NCBI GenBank assembly: GCA_977016875.1
Contig: CDRNST010000056.1
Location: 2,728,001 to 2,792,000, forward strand
Origin: Pavona decussata
Lineage: Eukaryota
Direction: 5' to 3'
DNA: 64,000 nucleotides
The notes under the pieces were generated by a model. It searched no databases. It was not told the DNA's origin and was given only the letters and a program-made list of their open reading frames with translations. Shown piece by piece: positions 62,009-64,000 of this stretch; positions within the stretch are counted from its first letter, which is position 1, and every line of letters starts with the position of its first letter. The position numbers were made by a program, and so were the translations under genes.

Positions 62009-63346
62009 ATGTCTGTACAAGAAAACTGGCAAACAAAGAAACCCACCATCAGGGAAAGAACCACGTTTATGCTCAACAATCATCTATTCAGCGATGTGAG
62101 GTTTGTGGTTCGCAAGAGCGATAGTGAAAGCGAAAGTAAGAAAGTGATTCCAGCTCACAAGTTTGTGCTGTCGATTGGCAGTCCTGTGTTTGAAGCCATG
62201 TTTTACGGTGAGCTAGCGGAGACTAGAGACTCTATTGAACTGCCTGACTGTGAGTACGAGAGTCTGTTGGAGTTGTTTCGTTACTTGTACAGCGATGAAA
62301 TTAATTTGAGCGGAAGTAATGTGATGGCGGTGTTATACTTGGCTAAGAAGTACATGGTGCCCTCACTCGCTGATAAATGCACAGAATATTTGCAAGAAAA
62401 ATTAGATCCGTCAAATGTTTTCAACATTCTGCCAACGGCTGAAAAGTATGAGGAGAAAGAGCTAGTGGATCGATGCTGGGAGGTTGTTGACAAAGAAACA
62501 AAAGCGGCAGTGAAATCGGATGGATTTGCGACAATTGAGAGATCGTTACTTGAAGCAGTAGTTTCAAGAGATAGTCTGACCATTGAAGAGATCGATTTGT
62601 TTAAAGCTGTTGATCAGTGGGCAACAAAGGAGTGCGAAAAACAAGGTTTGGCAGTAAATGGTGAACAGAAAAGAAGGATTCTTGGAGAAAAGATAATAAA
62701 AGCGATCCGCTTTCCAGTGTTGAAACAGGAAGAGTTTGCCTTTGCTGTCCTTGATACAAGCATTCTTACTCTAAATGAAGTGGTGACCTTTTTTAAATTC
62801 TTTAGTTCATCATTGACTTCTCCAGTGGGATTTTCAGATACGAAGCGGTCAGGAGCAAGAGCCAAGACTGTGGTCATTTCCCGATGTGGCAGATTTGAAT
62901 CGATGTCAGTCGATAGCTGGGGCTATAGTAGTGGGTATAAAGACATTCTTGATCTTACTGTGGACAAAGATATAACGTTGCATGGTCTTTGTTTATGTGG
63001 CAGCGAGAATAATAGCTACACTGTTTCTTTAAAGATAAAAGATGCCAGTAACAATTCTTGCCTTGATTCAAAGTCAGGAACATTTTCTTCAAACGTTCTG
63101 CAATATAAACTTGCTAACTATCAGGGATTTGAGGTTTTGTTTGATCGTCCCGTTAAATTGAAAAGGAACACTAAGTACCAGATAGAAGCGTTAATATCTG
63201 GTCCATTATCTGGAAGGGGTGCAGGTGGCTTTAGTACCGTGCTATGTACTGGTGTGACATTTAGATTTTCAACCAGTTATTCAAGTCCTGATTACGGAAC
63301 AAGTTGTACGATGGGACAATTTCCAGAGTTTCTTTTTTCCCTTTAA
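62009..63346 (+). CDS. BTB-BACK-PHR domain protein, 445 aa, intact, intronless, PHR subtype C
   Basis: Complete ORF with all motifs. Confidence 0.95.
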   Translation: MSVQENWQTKKPTIRERTTFMLNNHLFSDVRFVVRKSDSESESKKVIPAHKFVLSIGSPVFEAMFYGELAETRDSIELPDCEYESLLELFRYLYSDEINLSGSNVMAVLYLAKKYMVPSLADKCTEYLQEKLDPSNVFNILPTAEKYEEKELVDRCWEVVDKETKAAVKSDGFATIERSLLEAVVSRDSLTIEEIDLFKAVDQWATKECEKQGLAVNGEQKRRILGEKIIKAIRFPVLKQEEFAFAVLDTSILTLNEVVTFFKFFSSSLTSPVGFSDTKRSGARAKTVVISRCGRFESMSVDSWGYSSGYKDILDLTVDKDITLHGLCLCGSENNSYTVSLKIKDASNNSCLDSKSGTFSSNVLQYKLANYQGFEVLFDRPVKLKRNTKYQIEALISGPLSGRGAGGFSTVLCTGVTFRFSTSYSSPDYGTSCTMGQFPEFLFSL

Positions 63347-64000
63347 TTCTTTAGTCAATTTAGATTTGTCCGGCTGCATCGAATGTCAAACTGGCGGCCG
63401 TTACCAAAAATATCAAGATACAAACATATTACTTAATACCAGAAGCCTGTAAAGGGAGATAGAGAATCAGTTTGTCAGTAAAGAAAAGTAAAAGTTGAAA
63501 AATGTAAAATCAGTACTATTATTTCATGTATGAAATTGTAGGTTTATAAACAATCTAGAAGGTCTGTTAGATATAGGTGGTCTGATTTGTTATACAAATG
63601 CTGTTTAGTTGTCTTGTGATTCCCAAACAAATATTAAACAGGACTGAATAATTAATGATTGACAGTCCACTTCAACAGCATCATGATTCCCCTAGGACTG
63701 ATTGGGGAGTTGGCTGTAAAATGTAACTATGAAATATAAATTGAATCTACACATTAGTTTCGCACGACATTTCTGAAAAGCAGAGGTTTTTGTTTTAACC
63801 ATTTCAGTCTGTGTAACTGCTTCTATTGTGTTGTAATGCCTTTCAATTTAATATCTAGGGCTTAACATTTGGCCAAAAAATCCGGAAATTTTGGTTTGAA
63901 GTCGACCTTCAGTCAGGTATTCCTCTTTTTCCATTCGGAAGGAACGGCGAAAAATTCCTTACCATTTGAATGAATCCTCCGTTTCCAAGCCTTTTCCGGC

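Noticed and set aside
16321-63346. Diversity-generating retroelement or programmed rearrangement as the source of PHR variation
   Set aside because: There is no intact RT, no template/variable repeat pair with adenine-specific changes, and no recombination signal. Unequal crossover and gene conversion are sufficient.

Overview
Eukaryotic (animal) genomic DNA. It is AT-rich and packed with non-autonomous transposons; the repeat and gene content suggests a marine invertebrate such as a stony coral (inference). From 5' to 3' the window holds: (i) a two-exon rhodopsin-class GPCR on the minus strand with an early frameshift; (ii) an unexplained small ORF next to an alternating minisatellite; (iii) an ISL2EU-type DNA transposon (THAP-HTH-DDE transposase plus a convergent SWIM/YqaJ gene, TIRs, AT target duplication) with catalytic deletions; and (iv) from about 16 kb to the end, a head-to-tail array of at least 11 intronless BTB-BACK-PHR (BTBD1/2/3/6-like, putative Cullin-3 adaptor) gene copies. 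Three copies are intact (22579, 49464, 62009); the rest are frameshifted, truncated or disrupted by transposons. The main observation is that the BTB half is nearly invariant across copies, while the PHR domain varies strongly in three discrete segments and is shuffled between three subtypes by recombination. The copies also share an upstream block with STAT (GAS)-, IRF- and CRE-like motifs. Together this looks like a diversifying, possibly immune-inducible, repertoire of ubiquitin-ligase substrate receptors. Function is inferred, not shown. The window also contains many MITEs with readable target-site duplications, Penelope-like remnants including an intact-looking minimal hammerhead ribozyme, and one 473-bp assembly gap.
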